The notes: generated by a model from the sequence alone, not told the origin. Counted from the stretch's first letter, positions 27,634 to 37,599 are shown. The stretch is DNA of 64,000 nt from Vampirovibrionaceae bacterium NZW_1234 (GCA_041697335.1 JBGUGD010000009.1:93415-157414), one strand, 5' to 3'. Numbers and translations: made by a program.

Positions 27634-29841
27634 TTAAAGGTGAGATTTTAGAATGATCCGCGCATCAACCGATGAATTTCCAACTTCTCCTTCCGGTGTT
27701 GCCATATAAGGGTTGATATCCAATTCCTGAATTTCCGGACAGTCCATTGCCAAACAGCTTAATCGGATCATGGCTTCTTCCAGCCTGTTTAAATCAACAG
27801 CCGGCTTTCCCCGGTACCCTTTTAATATTTGGTAGGCCTTGATACCCTCGATCATTTCTTGGGCATCTTGTCTGGTTAATGGGGCTAATCGAAATTGAAC
27901 ATCCTGATCAATCGTTGTATAGATGCCGCCTCGACCAATCATCAACAATTTACCAAAATCCGGATCGTCTTTGATACCCAGAATAATTTCTCTTCCTCTG
28001 GTCAGGTAGGCTTGAATCATAATCCCTTCACCGGGTTCGAAGTGTGTAACCCCATGGTGCGAAAGTTGTTCTCGCATGCTCAGAAACCTGCTTGTCAGTT
28101 CCGCGTCATTTCGGATGTCGACTTGAACCCCGCCGATGTCGGTTTTATGAGTAATCGTTTTTGAATTTAATTTTAAAGCAAGGGGGTAGTTCAAGACTTG
28201 AGCTGCTTCTAAGGCCTCCTCGAGGGTTGTTACAACTTTAAAGGGTGCGGATTCAATGCCGTAGAGACAGAGAACATCCAAGGACTCGGATGTCGTCAGC
28301 AGGATCCTTTCTTCTTGCTTGACCTGATGAAAAATACGCTGAACCCGCTCCGTACTCACGTCTTTCATCGCAATCGGCTGAGCCTTAGGCCTCATTTGCC
28401 AAAGTCGATGTTTTTCAAGTGCCCCTAATCCGGTAATGGCTTCTTCCATAGATGCATATAACGCTAAAGGGGAAAGCTTGGCAGTTTTAAGTTCCTGATG
28501 GATCTGTGCAATATCCGATTCATGGGTCGAGAGAACGACTAACAGGGGTTTCTCAGACTCATTCTGCACAGCGGCAATCGCATTTGTTATCTCATGAAGT
28601 TGCATGTTCAGCAGTGGGATAATGGGCACAATACAGGAATCGACCTGCGGGTCTTTCAGAATAGCCAGTAGCGCCTGTTTATAATTCTCCAGGGAATCCA
28701 TGGGCATGGTTGCCGTGGTATCGACCGGGTTTTTCTTGGATGCCGTCCTCGGCAGTAATTTTTCAAGCTGCTGATATGTATCCTCGCTAAACTGTGCCAA
28801 GACTAACCCCTGGTTTTGATGAAATGCGGGCTCCAACCGATCGGATCCCATAACCGCATAGCCGCCCGCGTTGGAGAAAATAGCCACTCGATTTCCCGCG
28901 GAAGGTTTTGCATTTTCAAAGGCCTGAGCGGCGGCAAAGAGATCCGTTATCGTTCCAAACCGTTGTATGCCCGTTTGCGCACAGAGGGCATTAACGGCAT
29001 CATCATTTCCAGCCAGAGAACCCGTGTGGGACTTTGCAGCCTGAGCACCGATACTGGATTTTCCCGCTTTAATTAATAAGACAGGTTTTTCTTTTGTGAC
29101 CTCTGCGGCAGTATCTTTTATTTCGGCCAGGGAACGCCCCGATTCCATATAACCGGCAATATAAGCAACCTGAGGATCATGGTGCCAGAACTGAAGAAGT
29201 TGTTTCGGTCTCAAGTGCAATTCATTTCCCAGGGAAACGAACTGTGTTAAGCCTAAGCCCATTCGCTTGGCCTTATCAATAATATCAATGCCAACGGCTC
29301 CGGATTGTGAAAAGACGGCTCCTTTACCGATAGGTGGAGCTTGTTTTGCAAATGTCGCATTGAGCCGGATTGTTGGATCCGTATCGGCAATTCCCAGGCA
29401 ATTTGGACCCACCAGGACCATATCGTATTTTTCAACGGTTTGCGTTACCTGTTCGGCCAGTGTGTTGCCTTGCTCTCCCAGTTCCTTGAAACCCGCAGAG
29501 ATCACCACAACGGATGGGAGATGCTTTTGTCCCAGGATGTCCAGGATGTGCGGAACCGTTTTACTGGGTGTCATGATCAAGGCCAAATCCACGTCGCTAT
29601 CGGGTAGTTCCTCTGGCGTTGCGAGATAGGTTAACGGTTTTTTTGTGCCGTTACTGTGGTAGATGACCTCTTGGCCAGCGTATTTCGGGTTCACAGGATA
29701 AATTTTACCCGTGTACCCGCTCGAAACAATATTTGAAAGCAGGGCCTTCCCGACAGACCCTTCTGATTCAGAAGCCCCAATCACGGCGATTGAGGCAGGC
29801 TTTAAAAGATGTTGTAATTTCTCAATCGTTTCCATAAACAC
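27634..29841 (-). CDS. Acetate/acyl-CoA ligase (NDP-forming), fused alpha/beta (CoA-binding plus ATP-grasp)
   Basis: PASIAVIGAS, VGPNCLG, SQSGA, SHTGSLAG, SNAGG, NPVD, HKTDIGGV, ELDINP. Confidence 0.93.
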   Translation of the reverse strand: MFMETIEKLQHLLKPASIAVIGASESEGSVGKALLSNIVSSGYTGKIYPVNPKYAGQEVIYHSNGTKKPLTYLATPEELPDSDVDLALIMTPSKTVPHILDILGQKHLPSVVVISAGFKELGEQGNTLAEQVTQTVEKYDMVLVGPNCLGIADTDPTIRLNATFAKQAPPIGKGAVFSQSGAVGIDIIDKAKRMGLGLTQFVSLGNELHLRPKQLLQFWHHDPQVAYIAGYMESGRSLAEIKDTAAEVTKEKPVLLIKAGKSSIGAQAAKSHTGSLAGNDDAVNALCAQTGIQRFGTITDLFAAAQAFENAKPSAGNRVAIFSNAGGYAVMGSDRLEPAFHQNQGLVLAQFSEDTYQQLEKLLPRTASKKNPVDTTATMPMDSLENYKQALLAILKDPQVDSCIVPIIPLLNMQLHEITNAIAAVQNESEKPLLVVLSTHESDIAQIHQELKTAKLSPLALYASMEEAITGLGALEKHRLWQMRPKAQPIAMKDVSTERVQRIFHQVKQEERILLTTSESLDVLCLYGIESAPFKVVTTLEEALEAAQVLNYPLALKLNSKTITHKTDIGGVQVDIRNDAELTSRFLSMREQLSHHGVTHFEPGEGIMIQAYLTRGREIILGIKDDPDFGKLLMIGRGGIYTTIDQDVQFRLAPLTRQDAQEMIEGIKAYQILKGYRGKPAVDLNRLEEAMIRLSCLAMDCPEIQELDINPYMATPEGEVGNSSVDARIILKSHL

Positions 29842-30074
29842 CCACTGCTTCTGTCACGCGACGCAAAATTGAAGAGCAGTATACCGCAATCCATCGATCA
29901 AGAACCTCTCCTATCGTTTTAGCCATCCTCTAGTATGGTCTAGCCCTGATTGCGATCAAAAAGCGTTGTTTAAGCAAACCAGGCGGCTTGTAATCGGACC
30001 CGGCGGTAATCTGATGATACGCTAAAAACCACCTGAAGCGAACTCCATATGGATTTTGCTAAAAGTGGAAATTG

Positions 30075-30107
30075 AAAAATCGCCCTGGAGATATCCAGGG
30101 CGATTTT
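30075..30107. terminator. Intrinsic terminator for 30131..31018
   Basis: aaaaatcgccctgga-gata-tccagggcgatttt. Confidence 0.8.
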
Positions 30108-30130
30108 AGAACGATTTACCTGAGAATTAA

Positions 30131-31018
30131 CTACATTGCTTTTAAAGCGGCAGCCAGTGCTCTGAAGGCATCGCCCTGGGTCGAGCCGGCAGTCCCACCT
30201 AAAAGTTCATTGGGTTTCTCAGACATTTTACGCTTCATATATCTCAGATTGGTTTTCTCAATGGCAGGAATGTCCAAAGAGTTAATATCTACTTTATCCA
30301 AGACAAATCCGATAACTTGGCCCAAGATATCATTGATTTGTGCATCGCTGGTAGCAACTTCCAATTGGGATTTCAAAGCTTCCAACTTGCTCTTGTCGGC
30401 ATTGCTGAGTCCGCCTTTTTTCAGGATGGCGTCAAGTGCTTTGCCGGTCAAGCCTTTTGTTTGTTCAGTCGTTGGGCTGTCACCGTCTTTGGTCAAGAAG
30501 GAAGCCTGATTGCCAAGGTCTTCGGCTAAACGATTTCCTTCGGCTCTGTTATCGGCACGAATTTGATCCGGAGTTCTGGGAGCCGGAATACGCTCGCTCA
30601 GTAACCGGGTCAGATTTTCAATCTGAGTTTGTTGGGTTCTCAGTTGATTTTGCAACGTCGTCAACTGGGTGTTGGTGTTGTTGGTATTGGTTGCAATTTG
30701 GCCCAACAGCCCCAACTGTGCCAGGTTGCCGTTATTCTGGTTGGTCAGCAATTGCTGAAGAATCGGCGATAAATCCGGGCTCGTGGTGGGCACGGTGACA
30801 GGAAGTCCTGCCATCATCGGCGGGAATGTGGGAATTCCCGTCGGAGCGCCACCAAAGGTAATGCCTGGAGTTCCGCTGCCACCAATGGTGAACCCAGGGG
30901 CTCCACCCACGGTTGGCGTGAACGGAATCGTTACACTGCCGGTAGGACCACCGTAGGTCATCGACCCGGTTGCACCGGTAGGTCCGTAGTTAAACGTAAC
31001 AGAAAAAGATGCGTTCAT
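30131..31018 (-). CDS. Hypothetical protein, paralogue of 26549..27349
   Basis: Same ttggaggctggg leader; shared TGKALDAILKKGGLSN..KRKMSEKP..AFRALAAALK domain. Confidence 0.85.
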   Translation of the reverse strand: MNASFSVTFNYGPTGATGSMTYGGPTGSVTIPFTPTVGGAPGFTIGGSGTPGITFGGAPTGIPTFPPMMAGLPVTVPTTSPDLSPILQQLLTNQNNGNLAQLGLLGQIATNTNNTNTQLTTLQNQLRTQQTQIENLTRLLSERIPAPRTPDQIRADNRAEGNRLAEDLGNQASFLTKDGDSPTTEQTKGLTGKALDAILKKGGLSNADKSKLEALKSQLEVATSDAQINDILGQVIGFVLDKVDINSLDIPAIEKTNLRYMKRKMSEKPNELLGGTAGSTQGDAFRALAAALKAM

Positions 31019-31079
31019 AATGCCCAGCCTCCAAATGTGTCCTTAATCATCAACCCATACTATTGAGGGAGTGTATTGA

Positions 31080-31107
31080 TATAAAAACAACCCTCTGAAT
31101 TTTTTTG
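31080..31107 (-). promoter_or_regulatory. Shared promoter-like motif CAAAA-N14-GTTTTTATA
   Basis: Minus-strand copy ~60 nt upstream of the start codon. Confidence 0.65.
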
Positions 31108-31454
31108 ATGAATTATTATTATTTTGTTAATATTTTATTAACAAATGATTAAAGAGAATTGCCAAAAGTCCTCGCTATCATTGATGTTTCCGCAAATTTC
31201 ACATGGCTCCGTAACGGATCAGTTGGCCCCAAACCGAGGGTGTCCTGACATGCCATGAATCTCCTAAAAACAACCAGGATGCACCTTTCCTGGAGATGAG
31301 AGGGTTTTATGTTGTCGAAGAAAAAGACATAGCCTTCATGGGCACCCGATTTATAAAAGCCGGGACAGGCAAAATCAAATTGGTCACAGCGTTTAGGTTT
31401 AATTTGACGGCATTTTGGGTATAAGAGGTCTGTAAAACCTTTTAGAAAAACAAG

Positions 31455-31706
31455 AAACGAGTGACACAGACGAGATAGAAATGAGTAAAAACGAGTAAAA
31501 ATTCAGATCTGATTTTTGCTCACTCAGCTCCCCCCAATGCGGAAAAACGCAACAGTAGACCCTTTCAGGCTGAATCCCAAAACATGGAAACCTGAAACAA
31601 ACCCCCGTCTGTGGAGCAAAAATGAGTAGAAACGAGTCAATTCGACCTAAAACCCCAATCATCATAGAGTAGAAATGAGTAGAAAAGAGTAGAAACGAGT
31701 TAAAAA
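31455..31706. repeat. Clusters of 10-bp direct repeats GAGTA(G/A)AAAN
   Basis: 4 tandem units at 31667-31706, 2 at 31483-31502, 2 at 31624-31643. Confidence 0.75.
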
Positions 31707-31929
31707 TCCAAATATGAGAGTGACGCATCTCACGAAACCCTCCCCCCCCTTACAAATAGATAGAACCCGGCAGATACCAGGTTCCTCGAATGGGCTCGTG
31801 TGATTGAGCCGCTTATTATAGGTGGGCAAAGAAACTCTTGGGAGGGATGTATTCTTCAGCCCTGGCCCGGTCTGGTAAATCAAGATGCTCTCGACCGGGT
31901 GCTCCTCTCTCCTTCACTCTTCCATAAGT

Positions 31930-33567
31930 CTAAGGTTGCTTTTGAGCCATGCCTTTGCGGACACCATTGGCCAGTTCGGGGCGACCGTCTTTTTCCATCA
32001 ACTCCGCCACGGAGCGCAGGAAGTCCAGAACCTGGTCGTTATTGGCGGGTAACCCGGCCTTGGGTTGGGCCACCGGCTGGCGCACCGGCGGGGTTCTATC
32101 CACCGTTCGTGATTGGCCGGATGCACTGGCTCTGGGGAGGGGTCGCTGAGGAGCGGCAGATTCTGCCGTTCCTTTAGCAGGAGCCTGCGGTCTTGGCGGA
32201 CGGCTGGCCATGCTGTTGGCGGCGGGGGATTTTGCCGGACCTTTTTGATAGCGCTTCATGTTGTGGGTGCTTTCAACCGCCTGGCGCAAGTTAATGGACT
32301 GCTTGAGTTCCAAATCGATTTCCTGGCTGTCGCGACGCCGAGGTTCACTCACGGCGGGCAACGCTTGTTGGGCATATTGATGAATCGCCTGGGCACGGTT
32401 CACCAGGGGACGACTGGGTTGAACCGGTTCGAGTTCCGGATGATGGAAACCGCTTAACCCGACCGGGCGCTCGGTTTGTCTGGAAGTGTGCTGGATGCCA
32501 GCCTCGCTCATAAGATTCGGACGGCGCCGACGCCCTTGCGGACGCTTGCGCTTGGGACCAAAGAACGTATTGAGCACTGATGTGCCGGCAGCCCGATGGG
32601 GCCCGTCACTGGTCCGCAGTTTGTACCGGATAAAGAGTCCGAGGCTGAGAATCAGGGTGGAAAGACCCAGTATTCTAAACCACAGACCTTTCCCGGCCAA
32701 CGCAGGTCCAACAAGCCGACTGAGGTTGTTTAAAATATCGAGTCCACTACCCAAGGTTTCTTCCAGGGGGGAGTCTTCCGTGTTGGTTGTATCTTGTTCC
32801 GAGTAATCCAGCTTGCCCATGGGGGTCCGATCACCCAAATCTTGTATAGAGGCCATTGACGTGTTACCGGCATCCGGATCGGCACTGTCTAACACAGTGT
32901 CTGGGGATTCAGTGGGGGCAGATTCTGTTGCAGAAACGTCCGATGTGCTTTCGGATACCGTTGGTGCAGGTGCTTCTGTTGCCAGGGCTGTCATGGCAAT
33001 GCCTTGAGCATCAGGCGACTTGACACTGGCTTGTGCCGCTTTGGGCGTGACGGATTGGGTCACTGGTGCGGTATCCGATTCGGAGGAAAACACGGGATCG
33101 ATCTTTTGCACGGTCGGGAGTGGGGTTTTCCCCGAAGCAATGATCGGGTTGCCTAAGCCCTCGCCCCGAATGACCATACGAAGCCGATTGCTGGACACAG
33201 GCTTCAGAATAACCTGTTCGATATTTTCGGCATTGGCAAAATCGGTGGGGATGCTGCGAGTCGGGTCTACGGAACTAATGTCGATGACAATCTTGTCGGC
33301 GGACTGGGACACAATCTGGTAGGGTAGCCGGGTATCCGACTTGAGCGTGACCTTGGTTTCCAAACCGCTGGAGTCTAACACAATGCCTTGCAACCCTGTC
33401 ATGGCAGCCCATCCCGTAACGCTGATACACGACAGAACAATCCCCAGGGTGGAAGCGCACAGCTGTTTCGTTGTGAAACGCATCAAATTTGACATTAGTC
33501 CACCTGCGCCTTTCTCTCTCGACTCTTTCTTTGACTTCGACACGAATGGCTCGCTCGATTTCATCAC
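31930..33567 (-). CDS. AMIN-like periplasmic domain, Ser/Thr/acidic linker, single TM and basic cytoplasmic tail
   Basis: Signal-like LGIVLSCISVTGWAA; TKVTLKSD..YQIV..DKIVIDI..IEQV..LRMVI pattern; TM WFRILGLSTLILSLGLFI; true start may be ~33495. Confidence 0.7.
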   Translation of the reverse strand: MMKSSEPFVSKSKKESREKGAGGLMSNLMRFTTKQLCASTLGIVLSCISVTGWAAMTGLQGIVLDSSGLETKVTLKSDTRLPYQIVSQSADKIVIDISSVDPTRSIPTDFANAENIEQVILKPVSSNRLRMVIRGEGLGNPIIASGKTPLPTVQKIDPVFSSESDTAPVTQSVTPKAAQASVKSPDAQGIAMTALATEAPAPTVSESTSDVSATESAPTESPDTVLDSADPDAGNTSMASIQDLGDRTPMGKLDYSEQDTTNTEDSPLEETLGSGLDILNNLSRLVGPALAGKGLWFRILGLSTLILSLGLFIRYKLRTSDGPHRAAGTSVLNTFFGPKRKRPQGRRRRPNLMSEAGIQHTSRQTERPVGLSGFHHPELEPVQPSRPLVNRAQAIHQYAQQALPAVSEPRRRDSQEIDLELKQSINLRQAVESTHNMKRYQKGPAKSPAANSMASRPPRPQAPAKGTAESAAPQRPLPRASASGQSRTVDRTPPVRQPVAQPKAGLPANNDQVLDFLRSVAELMEKDGRPELANGVRKGMAQKQP

Positions 33568-33809
33568 ACCTATATTCTTAGGCTAATGTATGGCGAGGAA
33601 GGCTTCATCGGTTGTTTAATGGAGTCGCCTCAATCTCCCCTCTCCGGAGGGGGAGTCGCGTGGATCATGGAAACCTGCCGAAGTGGTCTGAAAACCCTTC
33701 TGTAATGTCTGTTTTTGGTTTTCCAGGATTCCCGGGTCTCCGGCAAAAAGAGGAGTCCTGACGCTCGGGCTTCGGGACAGAATATCCTGTATAACCTGTA
33801 TACAGAGTC

Positions 33810-34148
33810 CTAGGTGTAAATCGTAAAGGTCGGCGCCACATGATTGGCCAGGTCATGATTGACCGTCTCAATGCGCCGTTTCGAGAGTTCCGGGTTGGCC
33901 GGATCGTCGAGGGTCTTTTTTAACGCACGGTATTCCAGCGCCAACGGACCCGTCACGGTGTAATGGTAACGCCCGGAATCACCCACCAATGCAGCGTCAA
34001 AAACTTCAGCCGGAATGCCGTTGCCTTCCAGGTTTTTGGCAAAGGCATCCGCAAGCTTGGGTTGCGCCTTTTTATCTGGTAAAAAGCAATACAAGGACCC
34101 GGTATTGAACCCGACGCGCTGAGCGCCCAGAGAACCAAATGAAAGCAT
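33810..34148 (-). CDS. Small hypothetical protein with N-terminal MLSFG motif
   Basis: AGGAG upstream of ATG 34148. Confidence 0.6.
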   Translation of the reverse strand: MLSFGSLGAQRVGFNTGSLYCFLPDKKAQPKLADAFAKNLEGNGIPAEVFDAALVGDSGRYHYTVTGPLALEYRALKKTLDDPANPELSKRRIETVNHDLANHVAPTFTIYT

Positions 34149-34326
34149 CCGTACACATCTCCTAATCCCACGAACCCAACGTCTAAGGTTTGCATTAAAA
34201 CCATTCACGGCCGATTGATGCTAGCGACGTGTTGTTGGAGAAATTATCCTCCGTTCCGATATGCCGAAACCGCCGCCATGCAGATGGCACGGCGGCGGTT
34301 TCGCTCAAATAGGTGAAGGTGGTCGG

Positions 34327-35307
34327 CTAGAGGCTTGCGCCACAAGCACCACAATGTTTGAATTGGGCAGGCAGGAAGGCCGTTCCGCAGCTTTGGCAGG
34401 ACTGCACATTGGGCCCCCATAGAAACTCCGTGGATTCACCCGTTTCATGACGACGCCGCAGGGCGTCGTAGTCGATGGGGCGTTTTTCCACAAAGGCACG
34501 GGTGCCTTCAAAGGTTTCGTATGAGGTGTTGTGCAGGGTCAGCCAGTCCCGGGCATGGTTCACGGTAAGGCCCCAGGAGAGATCCCGCCAGAAGTTGGTC
34601 TGTTGCTTGGTATAGCGCAGGCACTCCGGCAATTTGTCCAGGAGCTTTTGCGCCATGGCTTCCACGGCGGTGTCCAACTCGGCGCGGGGAACCACCTGAT
34701 TGATCAAGCCCCATTCCAGGGCTTTTTGGGCCGGGATTTCTTCACACAGCCACAGGATTTCACGGGCCCGCCGATCGCCCACGATGATGGGCAGCCATTG
34801 GGTTGCACCTGCGGCAGGAACACTGCCCCGGGCTGTGCCCACTTGGCGAATGTAGATATCATCCGCCGCAACGGCCAAATCGCAAGCCATGTTCAGTTCA
34901 TTACCACCGCCTACGACCATGCCGTTGAGGCGAGCAATGGAGGGCTTGCCCAGGACCCGCAGTTTGTCGTGCAGATCGATAAAGGCTCCCATCCACTTCC
35001 AGTAATCATGGGGACGATTCAGGAAGTACTGCTTTTGCTCTTTCAGATCCGCGCCAGTACAAAAGGCCTTGTCGCCCGCACCGGTCAGGATCAGCACGCC
35101 CACCTGATCGTCAAAAGAGACGTCTTCCAGGGCCTGGGTGATCTCTTTGAAGGTTTGAAAGTCAAAGGCATTGTACCGATCTGGCCGGTTAATGGTGATC
35201 TTGGCCCGGCCGTTGTACTTTTCATAGATAATGCGGGTAAAGCCAAAGCTCTTGGGATCTTTGCCCTGTAACTCGGCTTTGACCTCGACGTGGGTAGTCG
35301 TGGTCAT
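34327..35307 (-). CDS. Enoyl-CoA hydratase/crotonase-superfamily enzyme (Oah/BamA- or MenB-like) with C-terminal CxxC..CxxC
   Basis: ITINRPDRYNAF, AFCTGADL, GMVVGGGNELNMACDL, GDRRAREI, ALEWGLINQVVP. Confidence 0.88.
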   Translation of the reverse strand: MTTTTHVEVKAELQGKDPKSFGFTRIIYEKYNGRAKITINRPDRYNAFDFQTFKEITQALEDVSFDDQVGVLILTGAGDKAFCTGADLKEQKQYFLNRPHDYWKWMGAFIDLHDKLRVLGKPSIARLNGMVVGGGNELNMACDLAVAADDIYIRQVGTARGSVPAAGATQWLPIIVGDRRAREILWLCEEIPAQKALEWGLINQVVPRAELDTAVEAMAQKLLDKLPECLRYTKQQTNFWRDLSWGLTVNHARDWLTLHNTSYETFEGTRAFVEKRPIDYDALRRRHETGESTEFLWGPNVQSCQSCGTAFLPAQFKHCGACGASL

Positions 35308-35310
35308 GGG

Positions 35311-35652
35311 CTATACCTCGGCGGTTGCTTTGTGAGCCGTTTCTTTTGCGTTGGCCGGTTCGGAGATCATCAGGTGGACCAGGTTCCCGGCAAAGCCCAT
35401 CAGATCTTTGGCAGCGGCCATGCCCTCGGGGGATTTCATGGCAGCATCAAGGGCGGCTTTGGATTCAAAGGTCATCACGGCCAGCAGATGGTAATCGGTT
35501 TTGCCCATGGGGGAGCCGACAATCTGGTGGTACTGTGCGCTGACCAGCCCCGGCATTTTCTCCGAGAGCGGGACATGGGTTTGAAAGTAATGCTCGTCGA
35601 ACGCTTGGGTGTCATCCGGTTTTTTATAAAGAGCCAATAAGGTTGCGGTCAT
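35311..35652 (-). CDS. EthD-family protein
   Basis: LYKKPDDTQAFDEHYFQTHVPL..KMPGL..FES..AL.AAM.SPEG; ATG 35652. Confidence 0.88.
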   Translation of the reverse strand: MTATLLALYKKPDDTQAFDEHYFQTHVPLSEKMPGLVSAQYHQIVGSPMGKTDYHLLAVMTFESKAALDAAMKSPEGMAAAKDLMGFAGNLVHLMISEPANAKETAHKATAEV

Positions 35653-36009
35653 AGGAAACCCCTTTCTATCCGGTACTATCTGGATGTTGACTATGATATG
35701 GTAGTCCGATTTTGCCACGAAGGCATGGCACACACAACCTGTCGGAATAACCCATTTTGTCTGTCCTTTCATGAAGAGGCGTGGGGCATTGAACCATTGA
35801 GAGAGGGTCCGATGAACACCGATGGATCCAAGCATGAGCATGGTGGGCATTTACATGACGGCCCATGGGAAAACGAGGGACGGTGAATGGCGCTGACAAA
35901 TGTAGTGGCAAAAAAATTTCAATGTGGCGGGTTTTTGCCATATTGATGACAAATTTCTTTGTTACGGTCATGGGCAGAAAGCGAACAAGCCCCTCTGAAA
36001 TAGGAAACG

Positions 36010-36252
36010 ATGATGACACTGACCCAACGACAGCATAAACACCAGCAACTGCAGATTTTGCCTGTAGTTCAGCAGGGTCAGCAGATTTCTATTCAGCAGC
36101 AGCAATCTTTTTTTCTATCACATATTCCCTTTAAATCCTCATTATTTGTTCTTCTGGGCCAATTGTATTGGCCCTTTTTTATGGTTTCCGGGGGTGCAAG
36201 CCTGGCCGGAAACCATAAAAAAGGGAGTGGCATGGTGGAGTCTGCCGCATGA
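36010..36252 (+). CDS. Possible Gln-rich leader ORF, translationally coupled to 36249
   Basis: 13 Gln in the first 32 codons; ATGA stop/start overlap; spans two alternative hairpins. Confidence 0.4.
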   Translation: MMTLTQRQHKHQQLQILPVVQQGQQISIQQQQSFFLSHIPFKSSLFVLLGQLYWPFFMVSGGASLAGNHKKGSGMVESAA

Positions 36253-36824
36253 TAAACGCCCTTTCGCCAATGATGCGTGAAATCATTGGGAAGAATATTG
36301 CCGCCTCCGGCTTAAAGTCCATTGGCGGGCTGCTTCGGGTCAAAGTCGATATTCCTGAGAATAAGCCCGAGCTGCGCTGGAAGTCCTTATGCCGTGAAAT
36401 GAGTGTGCTTGGCATGACATTCGCTGCCGGGATGGTGCTGGACTTTGCCTTTTCCTCTCGGACGATTCCGGCTATGATTCGCCGCAACGGCATTATCAAA
36501 TTTGCCCCACAGGCTGCTGCCATCTTTCTGGCCGAAATGGCCAGCCGAAAGCTGACCAACTACAACGAGGCAGTACAGAATGCGTTCGGGGAAAAACCCA
36601 AAACGTCCGAGCTTCCAAAGACGGATGATGACGGCGACACCTTCGAGAAGCATGATGATGCGATGAAGAACCGTCATATTCGCTTCAAGCCTTTTAGTAA
36701 TCAACTTTTCCGTAATCACTCCAAAGATCAAGACCCACCAGCTGTTGTTTTTCAATCCGGTTCCCAATACCCCATGTATTGGGCACGACAAAGTCAATTT
36801 GGGCCTACGGCTCGTTTTTATTGA
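36249..36824 (+). CDS. Hypothetical protein
   Basis: GGAG upstream; 191-aa ORF co-oriented with the phoBR-like pair. Confidence 0.7.
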   Translation: MINALSPMMREIIGKNIAASGLKSIGGLLRVKVDIPENKPELRWKSLCREMSVLGMTFAAGMVLDFAFSSRTIPAMIRRNGIIKFAPQAAAIFLAEMASRKLTNYNEAVQNAFGEKPKTSELPKTDDDGDTFEKHDDAMKNRHIRFKPFSNQLFRNHSKDQDPPAVVFQSGSQYPMYWARQSQFGPTARFY

Positions 36825-36857
36825 TTCACATTGAACACACAACCCGGGGAGTAACCG

Positions 36858-37568
36858 ATGACCGCACAAATCCTTATCGTCGATGACGAAATCGATCTGG
36901 TCCGTCTGGTCCGCTATAATCTGGAGAAAGAGGGCTTCCAAGTACTGACCGCCTACGATGGCAAGACAACCTTTGCTCAAATCCGTGAGCACGAGCCGGA
37001 TCTGCTGATCTTGGATCTGATGTTGCCGGATATGTCCGGCATCAAGATTTGCAATCAAATCAAAGACGATCCCCAGGCCAAGCACATTCCCATCATTATG
37101 TTGACGGCCCGCTCGTCCGAGCAGGATCGGGTTTCCGGGTTTGAGGCCGGTGCCGATGATTATGTGGTTAAACCCTTCAGCCCAAAAGAGCTGGTTCTCA
37201 GGGTCAAGGCGATGCTGAGCCGGACCCGGGTGCAACGTTCCGTCGCCCCGGCCAAAATTCACCTGGGTGACATTGTAATTTATCCGAAATCCCATTGTGT
37301 TGAGACGCTGAGCGGCCAATTGCTGCCGTTGTCCTCGTTGGAGTTCAAGATCCTGCTGTCTTTGGCCCAGAATCCCAACATGGTGAAAAGCCGGGAACAG
37401 CTCATTGCCGATGTCTGGGAGCAGGAAGGCGAGAACATCAGTGATCGTACGGTGGACACCCACATTAAGCGCTTACGCCAAAAACTGGGTGCCTCTCGTG
37501 ATATTATTGAAACCATTCGCGGGGTCGGCTATCGCGTGATTGCCACCAAAACCCCGGCGTTGCGCTAA
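36858..37568 (+). CDS. phoB: OmpR/PhoB-family response regulator (PhoB/SphR-like)
   Basis: ILIVDDE, LDLMLP, IPIIMLTARS.EQDRV.GFEAGADDYVVKPFSPKEL, DRTVDTHIKRLRQKL..IETIRGVGY. Confidence 0.85.
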   Translation: MTAQILIVDDEIDLVRLVRYNLEKEGFQVLTAYDGKTTFAQIREHEPDLLILDLMLPDMSGIKICNQIKDDPQAKHIPIIMLTARSSEQDRVSGFEAGADDYVVKPFSPKELVLRVKAMLSRTRVQRSVAPAKIHLGDIVIYPKSHCVETLSGQLLPLSSLEFKILLSLAQNPNMVKSREQLIADVWEQEGENISDRTVDTHIKRLRQKLGASRDIIETIRGVGYRVIATKTPALR

Positions 37569-37599
37569 CGTTTCCTTTCTCAACCCGAGGTCGTTTTCC

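Noticed and set aside
35653..35850. N-terminal extension of the EthD ORF
   Set aside because: EthD similarity starts at ATG 35652, which has an SD-like AAAGGG upstream.
36387..37463. 358-aa minus-strand ORF
   Set aside because: Antisense shadow of the phoB-like gene and its upstream neighbour.
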